NCBI GenBank assembly: GCA_040005235.1
Contig: JBDTZG010000011.1
Location: forward strand, 32,001 to 96,000
Source of the DNA: Acidobacteriota bacterium
Lineage (GTDB): Bacteria; Acidobacteriota; Thermoanaerobaculia; Multivoradales; UBA5704
Direction: 5' to 3'
DNA: 64,000 nucleotides
How positions within the stretch are numbered: position 1 is the stretch's first letter; each line of letters opens with the position of its first letter. Shown one piece after another: positions 48,501 to 57,431 of this stretch. A program made the translations under genes and the position numbers. The notes under the pieces are model-generated. The model was not told the DNA's origin. It was given only the letters and a program-made list of their open reading frames with translations, and made no database searches.

Positions 48501-48660
48501 GGAGGGCGGGTTGTCCCGGCTGCCCGTCGGCGGCGATCGCGAGGGATACGCCGTCGGAAGGAAGAGCGCGCCAGGCGGCGGGATCGAGGAGGTCCGCGGC
48601 GAAAAGTGCGGAAGAGGCGCCGAGGCACAGCAAGGCTGTGATCAGCAGGTTGCCGCTCAT
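45535..48660 (-). CDS. Exported discoidin/CBM-like domains + six-hairpin glycoside hydrolase-like protein
   Basis: Signal peptide from ATG 48660; IDLGG...ISEDG.TF discoidin-like segment; YARSWIRDGA, EHDSHGE, GLLPESISHEGY, HSYWDDF, DLPHGW. Confidence 0.8.
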   Translation of the reverse strand: MSGNLLITALLCLGASSALFAADLLDPAAWRALPSDGVSLAIAADGQPGQPALRLDYDFHGKAGWAAARRSLDIELPATWELRFDLRGEGPPNHLEVKLLDAHENVYWHVLRNVAWPKAAETVRVKERQVAFAWGPDSGAPPPLRRIAELELTVTAATGGHGTVWISNLEVVPRQEPSASPKALDLTKSSPNEKGEQEIAIDLGGLTELGGLTLRWEPGRAPGRVALEISEDGSTFRPVREAEPRGAARTDFYLPESEARALRLHLREPGPKGFGIAGAEIRPLSVGASRNAFVSMLASEVPRGAYPRAFLNEQSYWTVVGVDKDPVEMLVSEDGTIELTELAERYSLEPFVRLNEPNGRLITWANSSITQSLAEGDLPIPTVTWEFPADHPALRLSITALATPVPGGSALLARYHLANLSTTRRTGTLQLAARPFQVNPPQQFLNDPGGVSRLSHLAGDEHGLAIEGEPSLFVSPAAKFGAMTFDEGSPFERLAAGTLPRRTEVNDPEAQATGILAWPFDLAPGASLEVIAAGGSNPEARGAAAKIAAGGGERFAALEREVSANWRQRLSRVGLDLPPAAAPIARAIRSSLAWVLIHRDGPALQPGSRAYARSWIRDGALTGVALLRLGEVDTAREFVEWFSGFQSADGTVPCCVDKRGADSVPEHDSHGELIHLITEVYRYGKDRAWAEKMLPVVARAVDHLEALRQSRRTEDWKGKDAFGLLPESISHEGYSAKAVHSYWDDFFAYRGLEDAVDLAHALGHEDFAAKWGARRDEFRADLLASIEHTRERAKIAYIPGSEDLADFDSTATTIALDPAGLEGYLPKAALDATFERFYAELSARRSGAKEWEIYTPYEIRHIGAFLRLGWKERALSALDFYLADRRPVPWNQWPEVVSRDPRQAHFIGDLPHGWVATDFVRSALDLFAYERRGDHSLVLAAGVSAAWLDRPEGIAVRDLRTPWGTLTYRLARRGTGVHYEIAEKGLELPPGGLVLSWPLEGRAGGVWVDGKPAAIGPDGTFTLRQLPAMVDLQLEGKGLYR

Positions 48661-49556
48661 TCCTTCACGCTCCCCATCAAAATCCCCTCGACGTAATGCT
48701 TCTGGAGCGCGAAGAACAGCAGCAGCACGGGAAGGACCGTGATCACCGCTCCGGCCATCATCAGCTCGGTGTCCTGGACGTGCTCGCCGGAGAGGTTCGC
48801 GAGCGCCACGGGGAGGGTCTGCTTCGCCTCGTCGGTGAGGACCACGAGCGGCCACATGAAATCGTTCCAGGCGGCGAGAAACGTGAAGACGCCGAGGGTG
48901 ACCAGGATCGGCTTCAAAGACGGCAGGACGATCGAGGTGAAGATCCGCATCTCGGAGGCTCCGTCGACGCGCGCCGCGTCGAGCAGCTCGTCGGGAATCG
49001 ACAGCGCGAACTGGCGGACCAAGAAGATCCCGAACACGGTGGCGATGCCGGCGACCAACACTCCGAGCCGCGAGTTGACCAGACCGAGCGATTTGATCTC
49101 CAGGAAGAGGGGGAGCACCCCCACCTGAGGCGGCACGACGAGGGTCGCGAGCAGGAGGGCAAACAGCCGGTCTCGGCCCTTGAATCGGAGCTTCGCAAAT
49201 GCGTAGCCCGCGGCGGCGTTGCAGAACAATGAGACCGCGGTGATCGAGAGCGAGAGGAACAAACTGTTCAGGAATGCCCGGCCCAGGTGCAGGCGTTGGA
49301 ACAGCGCCACGTAATGTTCGAGCGTCGGCCGGCTCGGGACCCAGCGAAGCGGCAGCGCGAGCGCTTCGCCCGCGGGCATCAGAGACGCCGAGATCATCCA
49401 GAGCAACGGCAGCAGGGTGAATACCGCGCCGAAGATCAGCAGGGCGTTGATGGCGAGCGCGGCAAGCCGCCCCCGCCATCTCGGGGCGGGCCGCCAAGTC
49501 GGCCCCGCCGCGTTTACCGCAAGCGCGGCGAGGCGTCGCTTGATCGTTGCGCTCAC
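48657..49556 (-). CDS. Carbohydrate ABC transporter permease (MalG-like)
   Basis: IPDELLDAARVDGA (EAA loop), WNDFMWPL; GTG 49556 overlaps the upstream stop. Confidence 0.92.
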   Translation of the reverse strand: MSATIKRRLAALAVNAAGPTWRPAPRWRGRLAALAINALLIFGAVFTLLPLLWMISASLMPAGEALALPLRWVPSRPTLEHYVALFQRLHLGRAFLNSLFLSLSITAVSLFCNAAAGYAFAKLRFKGRDRLFALLLATLVVPPQVGVLPLFLEIKSLGLVNSRLGVLVAGIATVFGIFLVRQFALSIPDELLDAARVDGASEMRIFTSIVLPSLKPILVTLGVFTFLAAWNDFMWPLVVLTDEAKQTLPVALANLSGEHVQDTELMMAGAVITVLPVLLLFFALQKHYVEGILMGSVKE

Positions 49557-50467
49557 GATTCCTCCGCCTGGCGCAGGCGGCGGATCGCGAGCTGAATCGC
49601 CGACGCCGCGAGGATCAGCAGGAAGAGCAAAAACGCGATCGCCGCAGCGCGCCCGAGGCTCCACCAGCGGAAGCCCTGGTCGTACATCATCAACGCGAGC
49701 GAGGTCGTTGCTTCGAGCGGCCCGCCGCGGGTGATGACGTAGGGTTCGGCGAAGATTTGAAACAGGCCGACGCTGGTGATCACCGCGACGAAGAAGGTCG
49801 TGGGCCGAAGCAGCGGGAGCGTAATGTCCCTCGTCAGCCGCCAGGTGCCCGCCCCTTCGAGTTTCGCCGCTTCGTAGAGCGAGACCGGAATGCTCTGAAG
49901 GCCGGCGACGAAGATCACCAGGCAATAGCCGAACGTCCGCCAGACCGAGAGCGACACGATCGCGAGCGTCGCCCAGCGCGGATTGCCCAACCAATCGATC
50001 GCGGGAATGCCGACCGCGCCCAAGATCCGATTGACCGGCCCGAACGTCGGGTGAAGAAACGCGCGCCAGACGACCGCGGCGGCCACAAGGGTCGTCACCA
50101 CGGGCGCGAAATAGACGGTGCGGAAAAAACCCCGGAAGCGCGCGAGCTTCGAGTCGACCAATACCGCCCCAAAGAGAGCCGCGACGATCGTCGCCGGCCC
50201 TCCCAGTATCGCGAAGACCAGCGTGTTGCGCACCGCCCGCCAGAAGCGCGGATCGGCGAGCAGGTCGGTGTAGTTGCCGATCCCCACGAAGCGGACCGTC
50301 CCCAGATCGGCGATGCCGTAGAGATCGAAATCGGTGAGCGAAAGAAACAGCGCGGCCAGGAGCGGCACGGCAAAGAACAACCCGATCGCGATCAGCGCGG
50401 GCGACAAAAGCCACCAAGCGGCGCGCGCTTCGGCGCTCGAACCGCCCTCCGTGCGCGGGGAGCTCAT
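49553..50467 (-). CDS. Carbohydrate ABC transporter permease (MalF-like)
   Basis: FVGIGNY, LYEAAKLEGA, ITRGGP; ATG 50467. Confidence 0.92.
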   Translation of the reverse strand: MSSPRTEGGSSAEARAAWWLLSPALIAIGLFFAVPLLAALFLSLTDFDLYGIADLGTVRFVGIGNYTDLLADPRFWRAVRNTLVFAILGGPATIVAALFGAVLVDSKLARFRGFFRTVYFAPVVTTLVAAAVVWRAFLHPTFGPVNRILGAVGIPAIDWLGNPRWATLAIVSLSVWRTFGYCLVIFVAGLQSIPVSLYEAAKLEGAGTWRLTRDITLPLLRPTTFFVAVITSVGLFQIFAEPYVITRGGPLEATTSLALMMYDQGFRWWSLGRAAAIAFLLFLLILAASAIQLAIRRLRQAEES

Positions 50468-51792
50468 CGATTTCTCCCGGTAGCTTTGAGGCTCGCTTCT
50501 CGGTCGAGAAGAAAGCGCCGCTTCTCCAAGATCCGATCGGTATCGGCGTCGAGCGCCGCGAGCGCCGAATCCGCATCGCGTGCTCCCCGCACCACCTGCT
50601 CGGTCGCCACCGCGAGCCGGGCGCCGATCTGCTCCCACTCGGGCACCTTGGGCGACGGCGACACGTAGCCCAGCTGGGTGAGAAACGCCACGGCGCGTGT
50701 GTCGCTCGCCAAGCCGGTCGAGGTCCATGCCGAACGCCGCGAGGGGAGGTCGCCCGCCCGGCGGAAGAACTCCGCCTGCTGCGCCGGCTCGGAAAGGTAT
50801 TCGATCCACCGCCAGGCGCCCTCGGACTGCGTTGCGCCGCTGAAAACCACCAGGCTTGCGCCCCCCGCGAGCGATGTGCCGGGATAGTCCCCACCGGCTT
50901 CAGGAGGAGGCATCGGCGCGGTCGCCCAGCGGTCCTGCATCTCGGGCGGCAGGCGGCGCTCCATCTCGGCGAGGTTCCACGGTCCCGAGATGAACATCGC
51001 GAAATACCCTTCCGCGAACTGCTGGTACAGATTCGCGAGTCCCGACTGGTCGAGCGGCGGCGCCAAGCCATCGCGAAACAGGCCGGAATAGAAATCGAGC
51101 GCGGCGCGGAAACGCGGCTCGGCGAAACCACCCCGCCGGCCGCCGTCCTTCAAAAGCGGAGCGCCGCGCTGCTGGCCGAGCGTCATCACCTGCGCCCATT
51201 CGTCGATCGGCAGCAAGATCGCGAAATGATTGGGGGAGAGCGCCCGCAGCTTCTCCATCGCGCCCCGCCACTCGGCCCAGCTCTTGGGCGGCCAGGGCGC
51301 ATGCGTCTGAGCGAGCAGATCGGTGCGATAGAAGATCACTCGCGTATCGACGTACCAGGGCACGCCCCAGAGCTCGCCGCCGACTTCGTTCGAGTCCCAG
51401 ACTCCGGCGAACGAGTCGGCGCGGTCGAAGCTCTTGGAGCGGGAGATCCGGCTCCCGAGCGGCGCGAGCACCCCCAGCGCCTCCATCTCCGGAATCCAGG
51501 TGTTGCCCATCTGCGCCGCGTCGGGGAGCGCATTGCCCACGTAGGCGGTCAACAGCTTTTCGTGCGCGGCGGACCAGGGGACCTGCTGCACGTCGACGCG
51601 TAGATCGGGATTTCGGCGCTCGAATTCGGGCACCAGGGCGCGCACCTCTTCCCCCTCGCGGCCGAACGCCCAGAAACGCACGGTAGTGCGGTCGCCGTCT
51701 TGGCCCTTGCAGGCGACGATCCCCGTCGCCGCGAGCAGGACGAGCCCGAAACCGAGAGGGCGGGTCCGGCTCAAGGCGCTCCGTCGAGCCAT
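50464..51792 (-). CDS. Sugar ABC transporter substrate-binding lipoprotein
   Basis: Lipobox IVAC; PDAAQMGNTW, GVPWYVDTRV; the true start may be TTG 51774. Confidence 0.9.
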   Translation of the reverse strand: MARRSALSRTRPLGFGLVLLAATGIVACKGQDGDRTTVRFWAFGREGEEVRALVPEFERRNPDLRVDVQQVPWSAAHEKLLTAYVGNALPDAAQMGNTWIPEMEALGVLAPLGSRISRSKSFDRADSFAGVWDSNEVGGELWGVPWYVDTRVIFYRTDLLAQTHAPWPPKSWAEWRGAMEKLRALSPNHFAILLPIDEWAQVMTLGQQRGAPLLKDGGRRGGFAEPRFRAALDFYSGLFRDGLAPPLDQSGLANLYQQFAEGYFAMFISGPWNLAEMERRLPPEMQDRWATAPMPPPEAGGDYPGTSLAGGASLVVFSGATQSEGAWRWIEYLSEPAQQAEFFRRAGDLPSRRSAWTSTGLASDTRAVAFLTQLGYVSPSPKVPEWEQIGARLAVATEQVVRGARDADSALAALDADTDRILEKRRFLLDREASLKATGRNR

Positions 51793-53267
51793 CCGCCGGC
51801 AAAGCCCGCGCGCGTCAAGCCGCGGCGCAGATGAGGGTTCTTACGCATCGTTTTCCAGATCAGGCCCGATCGATAATTCTCGATCATCGCGAGGAGCGGC
51901 CCCTGGTCGATGCCCAGCCAGTCGGTGTCAAACCAGCCGACGCCCGGCACCCGGTGTCCGTGGTGCAGTTTCGCCGAATAGTCCCAAGAGGGGTTGAACG
52001 CATCGACGAAGCCGTAGCGGCCGTAGAGCGGCGCGCCGTAGCGCTCGCTCATCGCGCGGAGCGCGGGGATGGCCACCTCGGGCGCGAAAGGCACCGAGCC
52101 GCCCGCCGCGGTCGGCGCGATCGTGCCGTCGTCGAGCACGAAATCGGCGCCCACGCCCCGGCCGGCGTAGGTCCAGAACCGGCGGGTCTCATTGCCATAG
52201 GGAAGCTCCACGTCCGCCGGACCGTCGCAGGCCGAGACGCCCCAGACGTCGGCTCCCAGGCCCTTCCAGCTGCGCGGATTGCGGATCGCCCAGGCCCGCT
52301 GCGCGAGTGTGGCGCGGCGCGAGTTCTCGAAATAATCGAGGCCGGCATTCCGGATCGCCGGATCTGCGATGCCGCGAAAATCGATCCAGACGTGGCTGTA
52401 GTGATGGCCGAACAACGGCGCGAACTGGAGATATCGCTGCCCCTCGAAGTCGGCCACCTTGTAGCGGCTGGTCCACTCGCCCCAAGCGTCGTCGCCCACC
52501 GGGTGGGTGGTCGAGCCGAGCGCCATCAGGTAGACGAGCATCGCCTCGTTGTAGCCGCGCCAGTCGGAATGGATGAAGCCGCTTTCGGGGTGCCAGCCGA
52601 GGACGATCGAGGGCGGGCGCGGCTGCGCCCAGGTCCAGTCGGCGCCGTCGTAGAGCCGTTCGGCGAGCTGGCGGATCTCCTGTTCTTGGGGATCGGAGCC
52701 GTCGAAATACTCGCCCGCAAACATCACCCCCGCGAGCAGCAGGGCGGTATCGACCGTCGATAGCTCGACCGTCTCGAAGCGGCGGCCGGTCGAGAGATCG
52801 AGGAAGTGGTAGTAGAAACCGTGGTACGCGGTCATCCCCGCGGGGGCATCCCCAACGGGTGCCGCGGCGAGAAAGCGCAGGGTCTTCAAAGTCCGCTCGC
52901 TCGCCGCCTCGCGCGTGATCCAGCCGCGCTCGGCGCCGATCGGGTAGGCGGTGAGGCCGAACCCGGTCGCCGCCACCGAAGCGAACGAGCGGGTCGGCCA
53001 ACGATCGGGAATCAGACCGGTGTGGGGATCCGCCAGCTCCCAAAAGTAGAGGAAGGTGCGATGGGCAACGTCGTCGAGAAATGCCTCGTCGGTGGCGTTC
53101 GGACCGATCGCGCGTAAAACGCCGGCCGCGGGAGGGACGCAAAGAGCCGTCCCCCCGCAGCCGGTCGTAAGGGCAGGAAGGAGGAGGACGAACAGCGCGA
53201 CGAGAGCCGCCCCGGCTCTCCGACTGGATGCGCGGACCCTCCGCGCCCGGGGCGTGCTCTCGCTCAT
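51771..53267 (-). CDS. GH144-like (glucoamylase-family) endo-beta-1,2-glucanase, lipoprotein
   Basis: TFLYFWE, ASVAATGFGL, HGFYYHFLD, ELSTVDTALL, GYNEAM, PLFGHHYSH, GIDQGP; LTTGC lipobox. Confidence 0.85.
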   Translation of the reverse strand: MSESTPRARRVRASSRRAGAALVALFVLLLPALTTGCGGTALCVPPAAGVLRAIGPNATDEAFLDDVAHRTFLYFWELADPHTGLIPDRWPTRSFASVAATGFGLTAYPIGAERGWITREAASERTLKTLRFLAAAPVGDAPAGMTAYHGFYYHFLDLSTGRRFETVELSTVDTALLLAGVMFAGEYFDGSDPQEQEIRQLAERLYDGADWTWAQPRPPSIVLGWHPESGFIHSDWRGYNEAMLVYLMALGSTTHPVGDDAWGEWTSRYKVADFEGQRYLQFAPLFGHHYSHVWIDFRGIADPAIRNAGLDYFENSRRATLAQRAWAIRNPRSWKGLGADVWGVSACDGPADVELPYGNETRRFWTYAGRGVGADFVLDDGTIAPTAAGGSVPFAPEVAIPALRAMSERYGAPLYGRYGFVDAFNPSWDYSAKLHHGHRVPGVGWFDTDWLGIDQGPLLAMIENYRSGLIWKTMRKNPHLRRGLTRAGFAGGWLDGAP

Positions 53268-53270
53268 ATC

Positions 53271-56234
53271 CTAGAAGCCGATCCGCGCGCCGATCTGGAA
53301 GCGGCGGGTGTTGAACTGGCTGTTCGGCTGGCCGAAACGGGCATTGGTGTTCGGCAGCCGGGGCTTGAAGTTCTCGAAGCTGGAGTTGTTGTCGAAGTTG
53401 AAGATGTTGAAGCCTTCGCCGACCAGCGTGACTTTCACGTGCTGGGCGATCACCGGCGCGTCCCATTCGAGGCGCAGATCGACGCTGCGATACGCGAACG
53501 CGTTCGGGACCAGGAAGTCGTCCTTCGCCGGCCGACCCTCGTTCCAGCGGACGGTGAACGGATCGTGCGAGTCGTCGAACACGGTGAACGGTACACCCGA
53601 ACCGAGGGTGATCAAGCTAGACGCCCGGAAGCTCCAGGGCAGGGCGATCGTGCCCGAGACCACCAGGCGGTGGCGCTCGTCGTTGGTGCCCGGGAACTTG
53701 TAGTAGCTGCCCGAATTGAGGTAATCGAACGCGCCGAACGCGATCCCTTCGCCCGGATTGTCGGTGCCGTTCTGGTACGCCTTGGCGTAGGTGTAGGCGA
53801 TATTCAAGGCCCACTTCGAGCCGGCGGTATACGGCTTGTCGAGGGTCAGGAACACGCCGTCATACCAGGTTTTCCGGACCGACGAGGTGACGAACACGCG
53901 GCCATACCCCGGGACCGAGACGTTGCCGCCGAAGCGGTCGTTGAACCTCGTGCCCGGCGGGTTGTCGCCGAAGAAGTACGACAGGCCGTTGTAGCCGCGA
54001 ACTCCGGCGTAGGTCACCGAGGCGAGCCACCGGCCGAGCTGCTGGCGCACGCCCAAGTTCCACTGGTTGGAGCGAGGCGGTTTGAGGTCGTTCGCCACCA
54101 GATAGGCCTCGGGACCGGGGACCTGACCGCTCGCGATCAGGGAGCGCAGCCCCGCGGCGCTCTGGTACTCGGGGCGCCACTTGATCGTAGGGCTACCGCA
54201 GCTCAGGTTCGGGCTGCCGTCGGCCGAGAAGCAGAAGCTGTAAATGCTCCACTGCTGGCGGTAGGCCTCATCGAAGATGTCGTTCAACACGACGCGGTCG
54301 ATGTACTTGCCCCAGCCGCCGAACATCACCGTCTTGGCGTCGCCGCGCACGTCCCAGGCGAAGCCGAGCCGCGGCTGGATCGCGCCGTAATAGGGCTTCC
54401 GGTCGTTGCCGTTGGTCGTGTACTTGTCGAGGTCGAGGAAGTCGCGAATGCACCAGGTCGTCTGGCCTCCGACCGGCTGGCCGTAGGACCGGCAGGCGTT
54501 GTTCAGCGCGTTGACCAACGAGTCGGGCGTCTTGTAGTCGTTGTTCAACATGTTCGACTCGTAATCCCAGCGGACTCCGAGGTTCAACGTCAGGTTCGGC
54601 CGAATCCGCCAGTCGTCCTGGAGGTAGAGGCCGAGCTGGTTGTTGTCGAACTTGAGCCCCGGATCGCCGAAGCCGAGCCGCGCCTGGAACGGGAACTGCC
54701 ACTGCTCGCCGCTCCGGAACTCGAACAGCGGGTTGTCGAACAGCTTCTTGTTCACCTCGTAGTTCTGATGGTTGAGCGAGAGGCCGGTCTTCATCAGATG
54801 ATCGCCGTGCCAGGTGGTCGGCAGCGAGAAGTCGTCGCGCACGGCAAGCTTCTTTTGGGAGAAGTCCTGCGACGCGTCCTTGCCGCCGATGTCCAGAATA
54901 CCGATGTAGTTGAGATGCGGCGTGGCCGGCGTGAGAGCGGTCGGATTCCACTGCAGCTTCTGATACGAGAAGGCCGCCTCGTTGAGCGCGTTGCCAAGGA
55001 TCGCCTGATGCTTGACGACGAACGCGTCGGTTCCCACCTCGAAGCTCTCGGCTCCATCGCGCGTACGCTGGCCGCCGAAGCCGCGAATCTCCTGCTCGTC
55101 CCGCACGTTGCCCGAGAAATCGACCGTCTGCCCGGCGGTCGGTTGCCACGAGAGTTTGCCGAAATAGAGACGCGATTCAAACGGCGCGGTGAGCACGCCG
55201 GTCGCCTGCTGGGAGAGAAGCGCCTGCACGTTGGCGGGGGCGTTGGCGAAATCCGGACCGCGGAAGACGGTCGCGTTGCGGTCCTGGTCGTTGGTTTCGA
55301 GCGACAGGAAGAAGTGGAGCTTGTCCTTGATTAGCGGCCCGCCGAACGACAGCCCGCCCTGCTTGCGCTTGTAGTCGGCTTTCTTCTCGCCGCGCGCCTT
55401 GGCGAAATCATCCTGCGCGACGAGGTTCTTGTCCTGGGTGAAGTAGAACAGATCGCCGTGGAAGGAGTTTCCGCCCGACTTCGTGACCGCGGAGATCACC
55501 GCGGCGGCGGCCTTTTCGTACTCGGCCTTGTAGTTCTGGGTGAGGACCCGGAACTCCTGCACGGCGTTTTGCGGGAACGGGTTGCCGCGCGAGGAATCCT
55601 GCGCGAACGCACCGCCTGAGAGCACGTCGTTCTTGTACGACAGGCCGTCGATGAAGACGTTGACCTGGCGGGAGTCGGCGCCGCCGCTCCGGAACTTCTG
55701 CCCCGCGTCGTCCTGGTTATCGGTCGCCCGGACGCCGGGGGCCAACGCCGCGAAATTGAGGAAGTTGCGGCTCCCCTGCGGCAGCCCCTCGATCTGCTCG
55801 GGAGTGATGCTGGTCGCGATCTCGGAAGTCCGCGTTTCGATCAACAGCTGCACCGAGTCGCCGACCACCGTGATGTCGTCGGCGATCACCTCGCTCGGCG
55901 AGAGGACGAAGTCGACCACCACGTCCTGGCCCAACAGCACCTGCACTTTTTTGCTCTGCTCGGCGTACGCATCCGACGAAACCTTGATCTCATACTTGCC
56001 GGGCCGCAGGCCCTGGAGCGCGAAACTTCCGTCCGGCCCCGCCTTCGACTCGTAGTGGAACCCGCTTTCGGAGTCCTCAGCCGCGACCGTGGCCCCAGCG
56101 AGCGGCCCGCTCGAATCGAGCACGGCACCGCGGATCGAAGCGTTGGTGTCTTGGGCGCGCGCGCCCACCGCGAGCAGCGCCGCAAAAACGAACGCGGCCA
56201 GGGCTCGCCAATTTCTTCCATACATCCCACTCAT
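53271..56234 (-). CDS. TonB-dependent receptor with N-terminal carboxypeptidase-regulatory-like domain
   Basis: Signal peptide; AVQEFRVLT, VTKSGGN.FHG, QDDWRI..NLTLNLGVRW; C-terminal Phe. Confidence 0.93.
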   Translation of the reverse strand: MSGMYGRNWRALAAFVFAALLAVGARAQDTNASIRGAVLDSSGPLAGATVAAEDSESGFHYESKAGPDGSFALQGLRPGKYEIKVSSDAYAEQSKKVQVLLGQDVVVDFVLSPSEVIADDITVVGDSVQLLIETRTSEIATSITPEQIEGLPQGSRNFLNFAALAPGVRATDNQDDAGQKFRSGGADSRQVNVFIDGLSYKNDVLSGGAFAQDSSRGNPFPQNAVQEFRVLTQNYKAEYEKAAAAVISAVTKSGGNSFHGDLFYFTQDKNLVAQDDFAKARGEKKADYKRKQGGLSFGGPLIKDKLHFFLSLETNDQDRNATVFRGPDFANAPANVQALLSQQATGVLTAPFESRLYFGKLSWQPTAGQTVDFSGNVRDEQEIRGFGGQRTRDGAESFEVGTDAFVVKHQAILGNALNEAAFSYQKLQWNPTALTPATPHLNYIGILDIGGKDASQDFSQKKLAVRDDFSLPTTWHGDHLMKTGLSLNHQNYEVNKKLFDNPLFEFRSGEQWQFPFQARLGFGDPGLKFDNNQLGLYLQDDWRIRPNLTLNLGVRWDYESNMLNNDYKTPDSLVNALNNACRSYGQPVGGQTTWCIRDFLDLDKYTTNGNDRKPYYGAIQPRLGFAWDVRGDAKTVMFGGWGKYIDRVVLNDIFDEAYRQQWSIYSFCFSADGSPNLSCGSPTIKWRPEYQSAAGLRSLIASGQVPGPEAYLVANDLKPPRSNQWNLGVRQQLGRWLASVTYAGVRGYNGLSYFFGDNPPGTRFNDRFGGNVSVPGYGRVFVTSSVRKTWYDGVFLTLDKPYTAGSKWALNIAYTYAKAYQNGTDNPGEGIAFGAFDYLNSGSYYKFPGTNDERHRLVVSGTIALPWSFRASSLITLGSGVPFTVFDDSHDPFTVRWNEGRPAKDDFLVPNAFAYRSVDLRLEWDAPVIAQHVKVTLVGEGFNIFNFDNNSSFENFKPRLPNTNARFGQPNSQFNTRRFQIGARIGF

Positions 56235-56273
56235 CGTAGTTTCCTCCTCAGATCCTGCCGTTTCTCTCCCGTT

Positions 56274-57338
56274 TTACTCGGTACCTGGAAGTTCTTTCCG
56301 CCCGGCGGTCGAGGCTCGCACCACGAGCACGGCCGGGATCGTTTCTTCGAGCGGCTCCGCGCCGCGTTCCTCCAAACCGGCGAGCAGCCGCGCCATCGCC
56401 CGCTCGCCCATCTCGGCGATCGCCACCCGGACGGAGGTGAGCGGCGGCGAGAGATAGCGCGCGATCGGCACGTCGTCGAACCCGGCGAGCGCCACGTCTT
56501 CGGGCACCGAAAGCCCCAGCTCTCGAAGCGCCGAAAGGCAGCCGATCGCCATTGCGTCGTTCGCCGCGAAAATTGCCGTCGGCCGCTCTTTCCGCCCGGT
56601 GAGAGCCAAGGCCGCCGCGCGGCCCGACTCCTCGCGAAAATCGCCGGAGACGAGCTGCTCCGGATCGAGCTCGACCCCGCGGGCATCAAGAGCCGCGCGG
56701 AATCCGAGCAGCCGCGCCTCGGCGTCGGAGTTCTCCGAGGGTCCCGAGATCACCGCGATGCGCCGATGCCCGAGGTCGAGCAGATGTTCGGCGACAGCTC
56801 GGGCTCCCCCCGAGTTGTCGATCCGCATCGAGGGGTGACTCCCCCGCGTGGGCGGATCGCCCAGAAAGACGGCGGGAACGCCCGGCGGAATCCGGATCGA
56901 CCCGGCGTTCCGCGTCGAGGCCATGATGATCAAACCGTCGACCCGGCCGTGGAGGGCGCGAATCAACGCGTCGACTTCCGCGGGGTCGCTGTGCGAACCG
57001 GAGACCAGCAGGTGGTACCCCGCGCGCTTCGCGCCCAAGTCGATGCCGCGGATCAGCTCGGAGAAGAATTCGCCGTAGACGTCGGGTAAAATCACCCCGA
57101 CGCTCGAGGTCCGCCGAGTGCTCAAAGATCGGGCGCCGCTGTGCGGCACGTACCCCAGCTCGGCCACCACTTCGAGCACCCGCTGGCGGGTGTCCGGGTG
57201 GATCGGCCCTTTGCCGTTCAAGACGCGCGAGATGGTCGCGACCGACACACGGGCCGCCGCCGCCACCTCTCGAATCGAGATGCTGGGGTTGCTCTTCGGG
57301 TCCAAGACGGAACCTCCCGAGATCAGAGTGCGCGTCAA
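56274..57338 (-). CDS. LacI-family transcriptional regulator
   Basis: SIREVAAAARVSVATISRVLN; ANDAMAIG; VPEDVALAGFDD; PPLTSV. Start codon uncertain. Confidence 0.94.
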   Translation of the reverse strand: MTRTLISGGSVLDPKSNPSISIREVAAAARVSVATISRVLNGKGPIHPDTRQRVLEVVAELGYVPHSGARSLSTRRTSSVGVILPDVYGEFFSELIRGIDLGAKRAGYHLLVSGSHSDPAEVDALIRALHGRVDGLIIMASTRNAGSIRIPPGVPAVFLGDPPTRGSHPSMRIDNSGGARAVAEHLLDLGHRRIAVISGPSENSDAEARLLGFRAALDARGVELDPEQLVSGDFREESGRAAALALTGRKERPTAIFAANDAMAIGCLSALRELGLSVPEDVALAGFDDVPIARYLSPPLTSVRVAIAEMGERAMARLLAGLEERGAEPLEETIPAVLVVRASTAGRKELPGTE

Positions 57339-57348
57339 AACACTTGGG

Positions 57349-57383
57349 GTAAGCGTTTACAGCACGACGTGTAACCGGTTACA
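57349..57383. promoter_or_regulatory. Two LacI-type operator palindromes
   Basis: GTAAGCGTTTAC (57349-57360) and perfect TGTAACCGGTTACA (57370-57383) between the divergent lacI-family and GH1 genes. Confidence 0.7.
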
Positions 57384-57431
57384 GTTGACGGGAATGTAAC
57401 GCCATCGATTCCGCCGCGTCAAGGAGGCAAT